Positions 30,733 through 40,623 of a stretch of 64,000 bases of DNA are shown in pieces. Each line of letters starts with the position of its first letter. Positions within the stretch are counted from its first letter, which is position 1. The position numbers and the translations under genes were made by a program. Below the pieces are notes generated by a model. The model worked only from the letters and a program-made list of their open reading frames with translations, was not told the origin of the DNA and ran no database searches. The stretch covers positions 1,184,001 through 1,248,000 of the forward strand of contig CBDBCZ010000019.1 in NCBI GenBank assembly GCA_965203295.1, in the 5' to 3' direction. This DNA is from Nitrospirales bacterium. Its GTDB lineage: Bacteria; Nitrospirota; Nitrospiria; Nitrospirales; UBA8639.

Positions 30733-31993
30733 TCATGAGGCTAGTGCCTGAGTCGATAGAGGGCTGCTTCTCTTTAATACTTGAAGAATGATCGAATACA
30801 CATCTGCAAGGGAAATGGATTGATCATTGATCCTACCAAGATTCTGACCAGGCAGTTTGACGATTAAGGGAATCCTGGCAATTTCCTCCATGTTAACGTC
30901 CCCTTTTTTTCTGCCAGGATTTTCAGGAGAAAAACTCATCCCATGGTCGCTCGTAATAATAATAAGCGAATCATCGAATACGTTCAGTTACTTAAGCTTT
31001 AGAAGAAACTCACCGAACAATGTATCAGTATATTTAATCTGTTCAACATATCGAGATTCAAGAATTTTCAATTCTTCAGAAGTTGCTTTACTGATTTCAT
31101 ATTCGTGTAAAGGATCCCATTCAAGTTGGCCTTGTGAATTATACATATATGGACCATGAGGAAGTTCGACATGGATATAGGTAAACACAGGTAAAATTCC
31201 GACAATTTTGGGCTAAATTCTCAAAGGTCTTACAATATGGTAAGGCATAACCACTAATATACACGTGATAGGTTTGTGCGAGTTCTTTAAAAAGGTGGTT
31301 AGTGGGGGGCCTTTCCAAAAATTCCTCTTGAAAGGCCCCAACATTCGGTGTTCCTAATAGCAAAGTCGGGATAGCGTACTCAGTCATGACTTTGAGAGTT
31401 CTAGCATTTCTGTGCCAAGTGGCTGTTTGAGAAAAATCTTCAAGGTTCGGAACAATTTGCCTACTTAACTGATTGCCATCGAGTACCTGAGTCAATGCGA
31501 ATTTATCATGAGGTATTGACTTTATTTCCTTTGTGGAAGAAAAAGCATGGCTTTGCTGGATGATCATTCCTAAATTTACTATCTCGTAGACAACAAGAAT
31601 GAGTGAAAAACGGAGAAACAATACTGGCACTTTCATGTCATCACGGATAAGGATATAAATGAAAGCCCCAATCCCAATGACACAAAAGATAATAAAGGCA
31701 AATTGCCAGAACTTGGAAATTGAGGAAGCCTGGAAGGCATTAAGAAAGGAAATCAAAACGACAATGAGTAAAGTATTTAAAAATTTTCGATATGCACTGA
31801 TACCCCAAAAATATTGAACAATGAACAGACCTATGGTGATCCCCGCCCAAGACGCTCCATAAAAGATTACCAAACAAGAAACACATACAGGCTGAAATGG
31901 GTGAGCAATAATGACACTGTTTACTGGAGAGATTGTTCCAAGAGTAGCTAACTCGAGCAATAGAAATAAGATTTGAAAAAAAGATGTTTTCAT
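30733..31993 (-). pseudogene. Membrane-anchored sulfatase/alkaline-phosphatase-superfamily protein, disrupted
   Basis: TM N-terminus, PNLEDFSQTATW, YIHVELPHGPY, YVEQIKYTDTLFG, then after an in-frame stop at 30988 SLIIITSDHG and IPLIVKLPGQ. Frameshift near 31190. AT-rich. Confidence 0.72.
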
Positions 31994-32094
31994 AAAATGT
32001 CACATTTGAGAATTTCGCCAATAATTCGCCATATCTCTTAGAGGTGTCAAGTTTTCTTATAACTTTTGTTTGTAGATCATTCGGGATCAGGATA

Positions 32095-32147
32095 TCCTGT
32101 TAGCACCCGACGGAAAGCGGAAAAAGGGTGCAACCATCGGTAGGTCA
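32095..32147. repeat. 53-bp imperfect direct repeat, copy 2
   Basis: TCCTGTTAGCACCCGACGGAAAGCGGAAAAAGGGTGCAACCATCGGTAGGTCA, containing the inverted pair GCACCC/GGGTGC. Confidence 0.85.
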
Positions 32148-32152
32148 TACGG

Positions 32153-33241
32153 TCAAAGTCTTTTTTGGCAAACGTCAAGAAACTGCTTTGCCCTGTGCTC
32201 ACACGTGTGATAGAGCAACAGATGCTGATGGCCCTGGTGGGCAATGGCATCCCGGGTATTTTTTTCTTGGAGGTAGGTGCGAACGATATCCAGTAAATCA
32301 CTCAGGTCTGGGCGACAGAAGAGAGCGTGTTTTCCATGTTCGAAGTTGTTGGGAATATGGATATACGGTAGATCCGAAACGAGAAGTCTTCTCGCCGCGA
32401 CGATCTCCCAATATCGAATCGTATCGAATCCAGCTCCCCTAATAGACAGTCCTATCTTCGACCGTGCGATGAGTCGGAAATAGTCTTCATATGACAACTT
32501 ACCTCTCTGCTCCATTTCCGTGGCATACGGATCTCCCTGGAGTTTGGCCTTGCAAATCGCGACCGTCCCTAACAACAGTTTTGACTTTCTGGTTTTCGCT
32601 TCAGCATACACACCACCTTCAAATCTAATATCGGAGGCTTCCCGGAGCATATCGACCGCTTGAATGCGTTTGCGATGGGACGCAATGCCTACGAAGGAAA
32701 TATCAATCTCCTGGTGCTGGTTTTCGAAGGACGGGACTCCTTCCAAATTGATTGAGAACGGAAGAGGGTAAGTGTGATCAGAAATATTCCGACCCCAGCC
32801 AAAAACTCTCCATTTTGCATGGAGGCTTTTGGGACTGAACCCATCGTGGGAAAGATATTCTCTCTTAAAATACAGAGCAAAACCATATCTTTGAAAAAGA
32901 TCGGTCTTAATATCAGTGCCGTCATCTCCGTCAATGAGAATCAATGGGGGGAGGGTACACTTGCTGGTCAACGTCTCAAGTGCCTCCAATGCTTCTCTGC
33001 GTATGGCTGAAAGGACAACGAAATCAAACTCGCGTCGATTCAAGAGGGAGACGATGTCCTCCAGCTCGTATCGTTGGCCTGGGTTTTGCGGCAGCGAGAA
33101 AACCCTCAGATCAGGATTGTGATACAATTCCTTGTAGGGATAGTCGATCACAGATTGCCAACCTAGATTCTTGCACAAACCTGTATAGATTTGATCGGAA
33201 AGGTAGTCGATATGCGAAGGCGTTAAATAGAGAATGTTCAT
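32153..33241 (-). CDS. Glycosyltransferase (CgeB / Glyco_trans_1_2-like)
   Basis: IDGDD, YFKRE, DISFVG, SKIGLSIRGAGFDTIRYWEI, HTCEHRA. Confidence 0.75.
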   Translation of the reverse strand: MNILYLTPSHIDYLSDQIYTGLCKNLGWQSVIDYPYKELYHNPDLRVFSLPQNPGQRYELEDIVSLLNRREFDFVVLSAIRREALEALETLTSKCTLPPLILIDGDDGTDIKTDLFQRYGFALYFKREYLSHDGFSPKSLHAKWRVFGWGRNISDHTYPLPFSINLEGVPSFENQHQEIDISFVGIASHRKRIQAVDMLREASDIRFEGGVYAEAKTRKSKLLLGTVAICKAKLQGDPYATEMEQRGKLSYEDYFRLIARSKIGLSIRGAGFDTIRYWEIVAARRLLVSDLPYIHIPNNFEHGKHALFCRPDLSDLLDIVRTYLQEKNTRDAIAHQGHQHLLLYHTCEHRAKQFLDVCQKRL

Positions 33242-33461
33242 CTTGGCTTCTTATAAACCATGGCTTCTGCATACTTGGGGGAAGAGTATAGGAAGACCTC
33301 GAAGTTGCAAAACCGGGCGAAGCCGAAAATTCTTAAGTCGGCCCGTAGAACATACAATAACTCCCAACGTGAATGGGAACGTTGCGGCGGCTCTGCCTTG
33401 CCATTATGAAGGAGATAGCTGAAGGACTCTCTCCCTGTGAGGCCGTGAGTTCGATCTAATC

Positions 33462-34523
33462 TCAACGAGACGTTTCAGTATCAAAGGAAACAAGGACCGG
33501 TTGAAAAATACTTTGCAGGAAATCAAAATTTATAGTTTCAGGTAGCGCCTCTTCAATCCATTCATCAAAGTGAAACGCAGAAGGCCATAAACTCATTGGA
33601 TAATGAGCTCTAAGCCATGTTTTCCAAGTCCTGTAATCGAATGGATTTTTCTTCAAGGAGCGATGGACAAAGTATTTGGCAAATTGACTGCCAGATTGAT
33701 AAGGAAATAGGAGAAAACTGACCTCTCTAAGCCATTGGCCTCTCATGATCCGAAACGCCTTCTTCACTCTACTATTTGGTGAAAATCCGTACTTGTTGAA
33801 GAGAATCCTGTAGAACCTGTCTAGGTTTCGAAAAATGATGTAGATGAGTCTCTTATGTCTGGCCACACGATGCATCTCAGAATGCGTCCGGTAGCGTCCG
33901 AGCGTTTCATCCGCACAAATAAACGGACCTTGCTCGCTCATCCTTAGACAAAATTCCGATTCTTCAAAACATTCAGGGTTGAATTGTTCATCAAAGAGGC
34001 CTGCCCGAATAGCCGTCTCTTTTCTGAAAAACATGATTGAAGGAAGCACCGTCGGCACGTCCGCAAGCGGAGAACTCGGTTCGAACAGGAGCTTCCGCCA
34101 GAATTCTGGCGTATCGCCGGCAGCCTTGTTGACAACGTGTCGGTTGTCAGGAGATACCCGATCAAAGATGGCGTGAATCATTGCCGCTTCAGGATGCTTT
34201 TCCGCCGTGGCAACTCGAATCTCTAGCCGATGTGGATACATCATGTCATCGTCATCTAACAATGCGACATATTCTCCATGAGACTCGATGATGCCACGAT
34301 TGCGAGCTGAACAAGCACCTTGGCGTGTTTCCGAGACCACACGAATCTTTCCTGGATGCTGCACCATAAAAGGATGCACGGATGCAAGCGTCTCTGCGGG
34401 TGCATTGTTATCGACCAGAAGTATTTCATACTCCTTCATAGTTTGGTTAAGGCATGATTCTATTGTTTCCCTTATAGTGCTCGTTTTTGAAAGTGGAATA
34501 ACTATGGAAACGACAACCGACAT
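33462..34523 (-). CDS. Glycosyltransferase family 2
   Basis: VSIVIP, LLVDNN, GACSARNRGI, ALLDDDD. Confidence 0.85.
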   Translation of the reverse strand: MSVVVSIVIPLSKTSTIRETIESCLNQTMKEYEILLVDNNAPAETLASVHPFMVQHPGKIRVVSETRQGACSARNRGIIESHGEYVALLDDDDMMYPHRLEIRVATAEKHPEAAMIHAIFDRVSPDNRHVVNKAAGDTPEFWRKLLFEPSSPLADVPTVLPSIMFFRKETAIRAGLFDEQFNPECFEESEFCLRMSEQGPFICADETLGRYRTHSEMHRVARHKRLIYIIFRNLDRFYRILFNKYGFSPNSRVKKAFRIMRGQWLREVSFLLFPYQSGSQFAKYFVHRSLKKNPFDYRTWKTWLRAHYPMSLWPSAFHFDEWIEEALPETINFDFLQSIFQPVLVSFDTETSR

Positions 34524-34705
34524 GAGACCCTCTCTTGTATTGGAGTGATTAAGCTGGTACCTCGATAGTCGGAGTATGATTTAGGGGGACTCAACTCAAC
34601 CCGTAGGTATGCATAATGGCTTACACTATCGATCAAGGCAAGAAACATCAGCAGTTCCAAGGCAGTCTCCAGTCGTAGAAAGAAATTTCAGGTTTGTCGA
34701 ACCAG

Positions 34706-35463
34706 CTAGGAGTTCAGGAGAGAGAGCAGGTATTGTCCGTAACCCGTTCCTTTCATAGACTCCCCGATTTGCTGGATATCATCGGATTGAAGGAATCCCA
34801 TTCTGTAGGCGATTTCCTCTGGACAGCACACCATCAAGCCTTGGCGTTCTTGTAAGACTTGAACGTAGTGGGTGGCTTGCAGGAGTGAATCATGAGTTAA
34901 GGTTTGAGAGAAGCCGCAATGTCTAACACCTGGTTGTCATAAAAGTAGAGACCCGTGACTGCGTACGAAGACCGAGGGACCGAAGGTTTTTCTTCTAGTG
35001 TTATGGCTTTGTTTTTGGAGTCGAAGCTAACCACTCCATAGCGCTGAGGATTACGAACCTGATACGCAAAAATTCTGGCACCCGTGGGTTGCTGGACGGT
35101 TTTTCAATGTTCCTGAAGCCCGTGACCGATAAAAAGGTTATCCCCTAAAATGAGGGCAACAGAGTCTTGTTCTACGAATTCTCTGGCGATCAGGAAGGCT
35201 TGAGCAATACCATCTGGGAACTCCTGGTTGGCATAGCGAATCTCAATTCCAAACTGCGATCCATCACCGAGTAAACGAACAAATCCATCTTGGTCATAGG
35301 GAGTCGTAATGATGAGATACTCTCTGATGCCCGTTAACATGAGGGTAGAGAGAGGGTAATAAATCATCGGTTTATCGTATATCGGTATCATATGTTTGCT
35401 GATCCCCCGAGTGAGGGGATATAACCGTGATCCTGTTCCACCTGCTAATATGATACCTTTCAT
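34706..35463 (-). pseudogene. rfbA: Glucose-1-phosphate thymidylyltransferase, disrupted
   Basis: [16 protein letters not shown]. In-frame TGA at 35104-35106, then continues to [15 protein letters not shown]. An internal deletion (missing the RGELEITD..WLDTG segment) with a frame change leads to THDSLLQA..ERQGL..PEEIAYR..GYGQYLL. Confidence 0.88.
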
Positions 35464-35530
35464 CAAAATAAAGGCCTTTTCTGGTATGAAATCTTGTATG
35501 GACTGGAAGCTTGGCGATGCCTCTGAATCG

Positions 35531-36625
35531 TTACATTGGAGTTTGCTTGAGGCCCAGACGTTCCCTCTGATAATTGCCTGAAGAAACTGTGACACACCAG
35601 TCTTTGTGAGTTAAATATCATTGAACCGTCTTCTTCAGCCCCGTCAAGAAATCATGTTTAGGGGTCCAGCCAAGTTCATGCCTGATTTTCGAGGTATCCA
35701 TGGCATATCGAAGATCGTGACCTGGTCGATCGGGGACAAAGGCGACCAAGTCTCTGTAGTGCACAAGCCCTTGTTTCTGCAAATTCTGGTTGTATGAAGC
35801 CGGATCGAGCTCTTCCAGAATGCGACAAATCGATTCCACGGTTTCCAGGTTGGTCCGTTCATTGTTGCCGCCAAGGTGATATGTTTCTCCGACCTGTCCT
35901 TGTGTCAACACGACATGAAGCCCCTCACAGTGATCGTGAACAAAAAGCCAGTCTCGAACATTTTTCCTTTCTCCATAAATAGGCAATGCCTTTCCTTCAT
36001 GAGCATTGAGAAGGATGAGTGGAATCAGCTTTTCCTGGAATTGGTAAGGCCCGTAATTGTTTGAAGAATTGGTGATGAGAATTGGAAGTCCATACGTCTG
36101 CCAGTACGCACGAGCCAAATGATCGGCACTCGCTTTAGATGCGGCATACGGCGAGTTGGGTGCGTAAGGCAGATCCTCAGAAAAATACCCCTCTTCACCC
36201 AATGTGCCATACACCTCATCAGTGGATACTTGTAGAAAATGGAACTTTACTCTTTCATGATCAGGTAAGGATTGCCAATGGGTTCTGGCCGCCTCTAAGA
36301 GTACAAAAGTACCTCCAATGTTGGTATGAATGAATGTCTCGGGATCATCGATGGACCGGTCAACATGTGTTTCGGCAGCAAAATTGATGACATATTGTGG
36401 GCGATAGGTTTCGAATATGTGTTCCATGGTCGCCTGCTCGGTAATGTCGGCTTGTATGAACGTCAAGGGTTCGGATTTCAGAATGTCTTGGATGTTGTGT
36501 AAATGGCCTGCATACGTCAATTTGTCGATTACGACGATGTGGACGTTCGGGTAGGTTAAGACGAATCGGACGAAATTCGACCTAATGAAGCCAGCTCCCC
36601 CTGTGATCAGCATTGTTTCTCGCAT
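35531..36625 (-). pseudogene. rfbB: dTDP-glucose 4,6-dehydratase, probably inactivated
   Basis: AAETHVDRSI, STDEVYG, PYAASKAS, DRPGHDLRY. GxxGxxG is altered to GGAGFIR. TGA at 35618 sits where W of TVQWY is expected, and homology continues to YQRERLG with a stop at 35531. Confidence 0.82.
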
Positions 36626-36756
36626 GGGATCAATAATGAGGTTATACTAAAATCGGTTGAAATTTACGAGGAGGGCGCTGTTGCAACAGGTCGATAAACC
36701 ATTCACAGCAGTGAAAGTCCTCAATCGTCTGACATCCGTTCTGTGTGGGATATCAT

Positions 36757-37881
36757 ATGCGAATCGGTTTTGATGCTTTCCCAGCTGTCAATTCCCTCGG
36801 TGGTGTGGGGAGCTATGCCTATTGCCTCCTGAGGGCTTTACTTGAATTGGGTATTCGTGATGAGGATGAAATCGTGGCCTACTTCCCAAGTCAGACCAAT
36901 CGAGAATCAACTATTCGAGATCTCGAAGGCTATCCCCATTTGCGATTGAGAAAAACCGGAAAGCATTGGATGAAGTGGTGCGGCGGTATTGATGAATTAG
37001 ATCTCTACCATGGGACCAACTTTAAAACACAAACCAGAGGCCATTCTGGAGCAGTTGTGACAATCCATGATCTTTGGTTAGATCGCTTTCCAGAGTATTC
37101 CAAGAAACTCTTTGGTCAAAAATGGTCATTCTATCGTACACGCCGCCGTGCCTTGTTAGCAGAGCATGTCATTACGGTTTCTCAACATTCGGCTCAAGAT
37201 ATTGAAGAACTATTCGGCGTTCCTGAAAATCGAATTTCTGTTATTTGGAACGGAGTATCGAAGGAATACTGGCCTGATAAGACTGATGAGAGTAGGGGAG
37301 TTCTGTCTTCTCGTTTTGGTATTCAGGCCCCCTATATCTTGTTTGTGGGAGGGGCAGATCCGAGAAAGAACCACCAAACTCTTTTCCGAGCCTACGCGAA
37401 GGCCGATTCGCTTCATAAGACGTATGTCTTAGTCGTGATTGGGAATCCAGTGCATAAAATGGGCACCATGCATAAAATGGGCACCATAGTTGGAACCAGT
37501 AAGACGTTGGGCATACGCGATCGAGTGATTTCTTTGCAAGGACTGTCAGTCGAGGAGATGCGCTCTTTGTATTCACATGCCGACCTGTTTGTGTTTCCTT
37601 CTCGATATGAGGGGTTTGGGCTCCCTGTATTGGAGGCAATGGCTTGTGGTGCACCAGTGATTACGTCAAGAAAGACGTCCCTCCAAGAGATTGTTGATCA
37701 AGCGGCTGTTTTAGTTGATCCTGGAGATGATGAAGAACTCCGTCATGCCATGATCACCGTGCTTCAGGATCAAGAACTCCAGGACTCCATGCGGGTGAAG
37801 GGGTTAGAAAGGGCAAAACAATTTACTTGGGAACGGGCTGCTCGCCAGACCTGGGATGTGTATCGTCAGCTGTGTCGATAA
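36757..37881 (+). CDS. Glycosyltransferase family 4 (MtfB-like)
   Basis: [50 protein letters not shown]. Confidence 0.9.
   Translation: MRIGFDAFPAVNSLGGVGSYAYCLLRALLELGIRDEDEIVAYFPSQTNRESTIRDLEGYPHLRLRKTGKHWMKWCGGIDELDLYHGTNFKTQTRGHSGAVVTIHDLWLDRFPEYSKKLFGQKWSFYRTRRRALLAEHVITVSQHSAQDIEELFGVPENRISVIWNGVSKEYWPDKTDESRGVLSSRFGIQAPYILFVGGADPRKNHQTLFRAYAKADSLHKTYVLVVIGNPVHKMGTMHKMGTIVGTSKTLGIRDRVISLQGLSVEEMRSLYSHADLFVFPSRYEGFGLPVLEAMACGAPVITSRKTSLQEIVDQAAVLVDPGDDEELRHAMITVLQDQELQDSMRVKGLERAKQFTWERAARQTWDVYRQLCR
37451..37486 (+). repeat. Perfect 18-bp in-frame tandem duplication inside the GT4 gene
   Basis: TGCATAAAATGGGCACCA x2, giving [11 protein letters not shown]. Confidence 0.9.
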
Positions 37882-37901
37882 GTTTTGCTAAATGTTGTGA
37901 G

Positions 37902-38921
37902 ATGGAAACTCCTGCCAGAAAAATCCTGATTATCAAGTTTCGGTACATTGGCGATGTTCTCTTATGTACTCCGACCATTGAGGCAATTCGAAAACATTAT
38001 CCCCATGCCCGCATAGAGTGCCTTGTGAATCCTGGCACAGATGACGTGCTTCGTTTCAACCCCAATATTGATGGAGTTCATGTGGTACCTCGTTCGGGGT
38101 TGGCGACCCAACTTCGGTTTTTATGGTGGCTTCGATCGAGTGGTTTTGATTGTGTTTTTGATCTCACAGATGGTGATCGTTCTGCCATCATGACAGCAAT
38201 CACGGGGGCATCAAGACGAGTGGGATTTAATAACGAGAATCGGTGGCGAGGTCGTATGTATTCTCAATGTGTGAGTGCAAGATATGGGTCCATGCATATG
38301 ATTGAATACCATGGGCAGGTTCTTGCCAGCATGGGAGTGTCAAATGGTTTGGGAAATCCCCAAGTATTCGTCAGTGTCGAAGATGAGGCCAGGGCAAAGG
38401 ATGTGCTTGAAAAGAACAAGCTCTTGAACTCTCCTTGGGTGATGATGCACCCAGGGGCACGCTATTGGTTTAAAGCCTGGCCCACAGAGAGATTTGCCGC
38501 TTTATGTGATCGATTGATGGAAAACGGATTTTCTGTAGTATTCGTAGGAGGTCCGAATGATCAAACTGTCGTGGATACGATTCAAGCTGCCGCGAAGTTC
38601 CAGCCTATTTCTTTAGTCGGACAGACTTCCCTCTTAGATTTGGCCACACTCATGAAACATTGCTTGCTGTTTGTGGGAAATGATGGAGGACCGATGCATA
38701 TGGCCGCCGCGATGGGGTGCCCCGTGTTGGGTTTGTTTGGGCCATCAGATCCAGCGGTTTGGGGCCCAAGAGGATCAAACACCAAGGTTATCTATAAGGG
38801 GGGAGATTGCCGGGAATGTTTTCACCCTGATTGTTTTCGTGGTGAGGAAAGTTGCATGCGGCAGATCTTGGTCGATGAGGTCTTTGAGTCGGTGATGGCT
38901 TTTTTAAATGGCTCTTCTTGA
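37902..38921 (+). CDS. LPS heptosyltransferase (GT9, WaaQ/RfaQ-like)
   Basis: KILIIKFRYIGDVLLCTP, HPGARYWFKAW, GNDGGPMHMAAA, FGPSDP. Start taken at ATG 37902. Confidence 0.85.
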   Translation: METPARKILIIKFRYIGDVLLCTPTIEAIRKHYPHARIECLVNPGTDDVLRFNPNIDGVHVVPRSGLATQLRFLWWLRSSGFDCVFDLTDGDRSAIMTAITGASRRVGFNNENRWRGRMYSQCVSARYGSMHMIEYHGQVLASMGVSNGLGNPQVFVSVEDEARAKDVLEKNKLLNSPWVMMHPGARYWFKAWPTERFAALCDRLMENGFSVVFVGGPNDQTVVDTIQAAAKFQPISLVGQTSLLDLATLMKHCLLFVGNDGGPMHMAAAMGCPVLGLFGPSDPAVWGPRGSNTKVIYKGGDCRECFHPDCFRGEESCMRQILVDEVFESVMAFLNGSS

Positions 38922-38991
38922 ATGAGTAGGAATGATCAGAAGTAACAGGGGGTGATCAAAACACCGCTGATGCCCTTTTTCAATATCCCCT

Positions 38992-40053
38992 TTAAGGAAA
39001 CGGTGAAAGGGGAGCATAGATCATCGGAAAGTCAACAAGATCTTCCAACCATGGCGACATGTGATCCGGTTCAAGAGGCATCAAGTTCAGTCTTACCTCG
39101 ATTTTGAATTCGTTCTGCGTCCCCATGATTCCAATGATAGCTGCTGCGTCAGGAGAATCGGGTAAAAGCCTGGCAGTCTGAAATTCGCACAGAGTGCTAT
39201 ACAGTCGTCCCCCATCAGTTAAAAGCGACAAGATCGTGGGTAAATCATCCACAGGCGCGTGCAATGAACAGCGATAGACTCTTCTCTGAAATGGTGCGAT
39301 GGCACCAAAGTCAAGCAAGGTTTGGGTAGAAAATCCTGTCAGATAGATTCGGATGTTCACAGGATTTTGTCCATACGTTGCTGCCAGTTTTGTCGCAGGC
39401 ACCAAAAATTCGAATGGGTCTGATGAATTGTATTCAAACTGGCAAGGACCAAACGCGTCGGCCCAAGAACAGAAAAACGGTGCTTCCTGCTTATTGATTC
39501 CAAGATGGACCATTCTCCTTTCCAGACGGAGATCGATGGGGAGGTCCAACAGGTCAATGGCCGTCTGAAACGCCTGTTTTCGCTCATCGATCCAAATTGG
39601 TTCCTGATGAGATGCACGAGTTTCTCCTGGAGTAATCACTTCCGCGGTCTGCAAGCGAACACGAATAAATGAATGAGTGTGCCGAAACCCAACCCACAAC
39701 ATGGCTTGAGGAAGAAGTGTAGCGTTATATCCGGGAAGAAGCCATGGATGGCTGATGGAGCAATACGTACTGAGAGTTTGATGTTTCTGGTACAGGGAGT
39801 GGTATCGCCCGACTAGGAGAAAGAAATCGCCTTGCCATTCTTCCAGCACATGAATCAACGTCACATCTTCGATGGGCCAATCGTCAAGCCGATCAACGTC
39901 TTCAATGTGATTGACGGCGAATTCTTCAATGTAGCAGATGCTATCTCTTGAAGGGTCGACGGTATGGAGTCCGTGAGCCTTCAAGCGATCCAAGAGCTTA
40001 AGCACGTCATCAAACGGAATCGAGTGCTGGCATTCCCATCTTTGCTCCCGCAT
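38992..40053 (-). CDS. Hypothetical protein (353 aa)
   Basis: Long ORF with RBS GAGGAG. No recognisable motif. Confidence 0.7.
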   Translation of the reverse strand: MREQRWECQHSIPFDDVLKLLDRLKAHGLHTVDPSRDSICYIEEFAVNHIEDVDRLDDWPIEDVTLIHVLEEWQGDFFLLVGRYHSLYQKHQTLSTYCSISHPWLLPGYNATLLPQAMLWVGFRHTHSFIRVRLQTAEVITPGETRASHQEPIWIDERKQAFQTAIDLLDLPIDLRLERRMVHLGINKQEAPFFCSWADAFGPCQFEYNSSDPFEFLVPATKLAATYGQNPVNIRIYLTGFSTQTLLDFGAIAPFQRRVYRCSLHAPVDDLPTILSLLTDGGRLYSTLCEFQTARLLPDSPDAAAIIGIMGTQNEFKIEVRLNLMPLEPDHMSPWLEDLVDFPMIYAPLSPFP

Positions 40054-40230
40054 ACAGCACGACTCCTCGAATTGTGAGGTGAGAGAAACTAAAGTCCTTC
40101 TCTTAAGTTATGATCGCCGCCATTCTTGAAGCACAATGTGGGCAGTCATTTCGGGAAGAGTTTAGGAGAGAGTTTGGAGTCAGAAGAAGTCATATAGAGG
40201 CCGCGAGCCAAGGGATCATGTATAAAAAAT

Positions 40231-40321
40231 TGGCGGAGAGGGCGGGATTTGAACCCGCGGTAGAGTTTTGCCCTACGACGGTTTAGCAAACCGTTGCCTT
40301 CGGCCGCTCGGCCACCTCTCC
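40231..40321 (-). tRNA. tRNA-Ser (GCT)
   Basis: Reverse complement GGAGAGGTGGCCGAGCGGCCGAAGGCAACGGTTTGCTAAACCGTCGTAGGGCAAAACTCTACCGCGGGTTCAAATCCCGCCCTCTCCGCCA. Anticodon stem ACGGT/ACCGT around GCT, long variable arm, TTCAAAT T-loop, encoded CCA. Confidence 0.97.
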
Positions 40322-40623
40322 GCAATCCTATTTCTTAATACTTACACGTACTTATATACTAACGGTGGTAGTAACCTCAAGAGCTGGGTGAGACTTGGTT
40401 GCGGATTTTGCTTCTAAGGGTGATCATCCAAATTTGATTGACAAAGAGTCGATGGTTTGCATCGAATAGCTAGCTATATATGTCTTTGATGACTTTGATA
40501 CTACCATGTCGGAGTTGTTCTCGAATACATTTCTGATTGGCCCCTTATTCCATTCTGACACCCTTCAGTCAAATTCCAAACAGTGTCTTCTTTGAGACCT
40601 TTAGAAAGTGAGCGCCAACAGGC

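Noticed and set aside
35104..35620. In-frame TGA codons in rfbA and rfbB suggesting stop-codon recoding
   Set aside because: TGA ends many intact genes here, Trp is encoded by TGG throughout, and both genes carry other inactivating lesions.
40231..40321. tRNA-Ser as the att site of an integrated element
   Set aside because: No integrase and no duplicated tRNA 3' end was found in the window.
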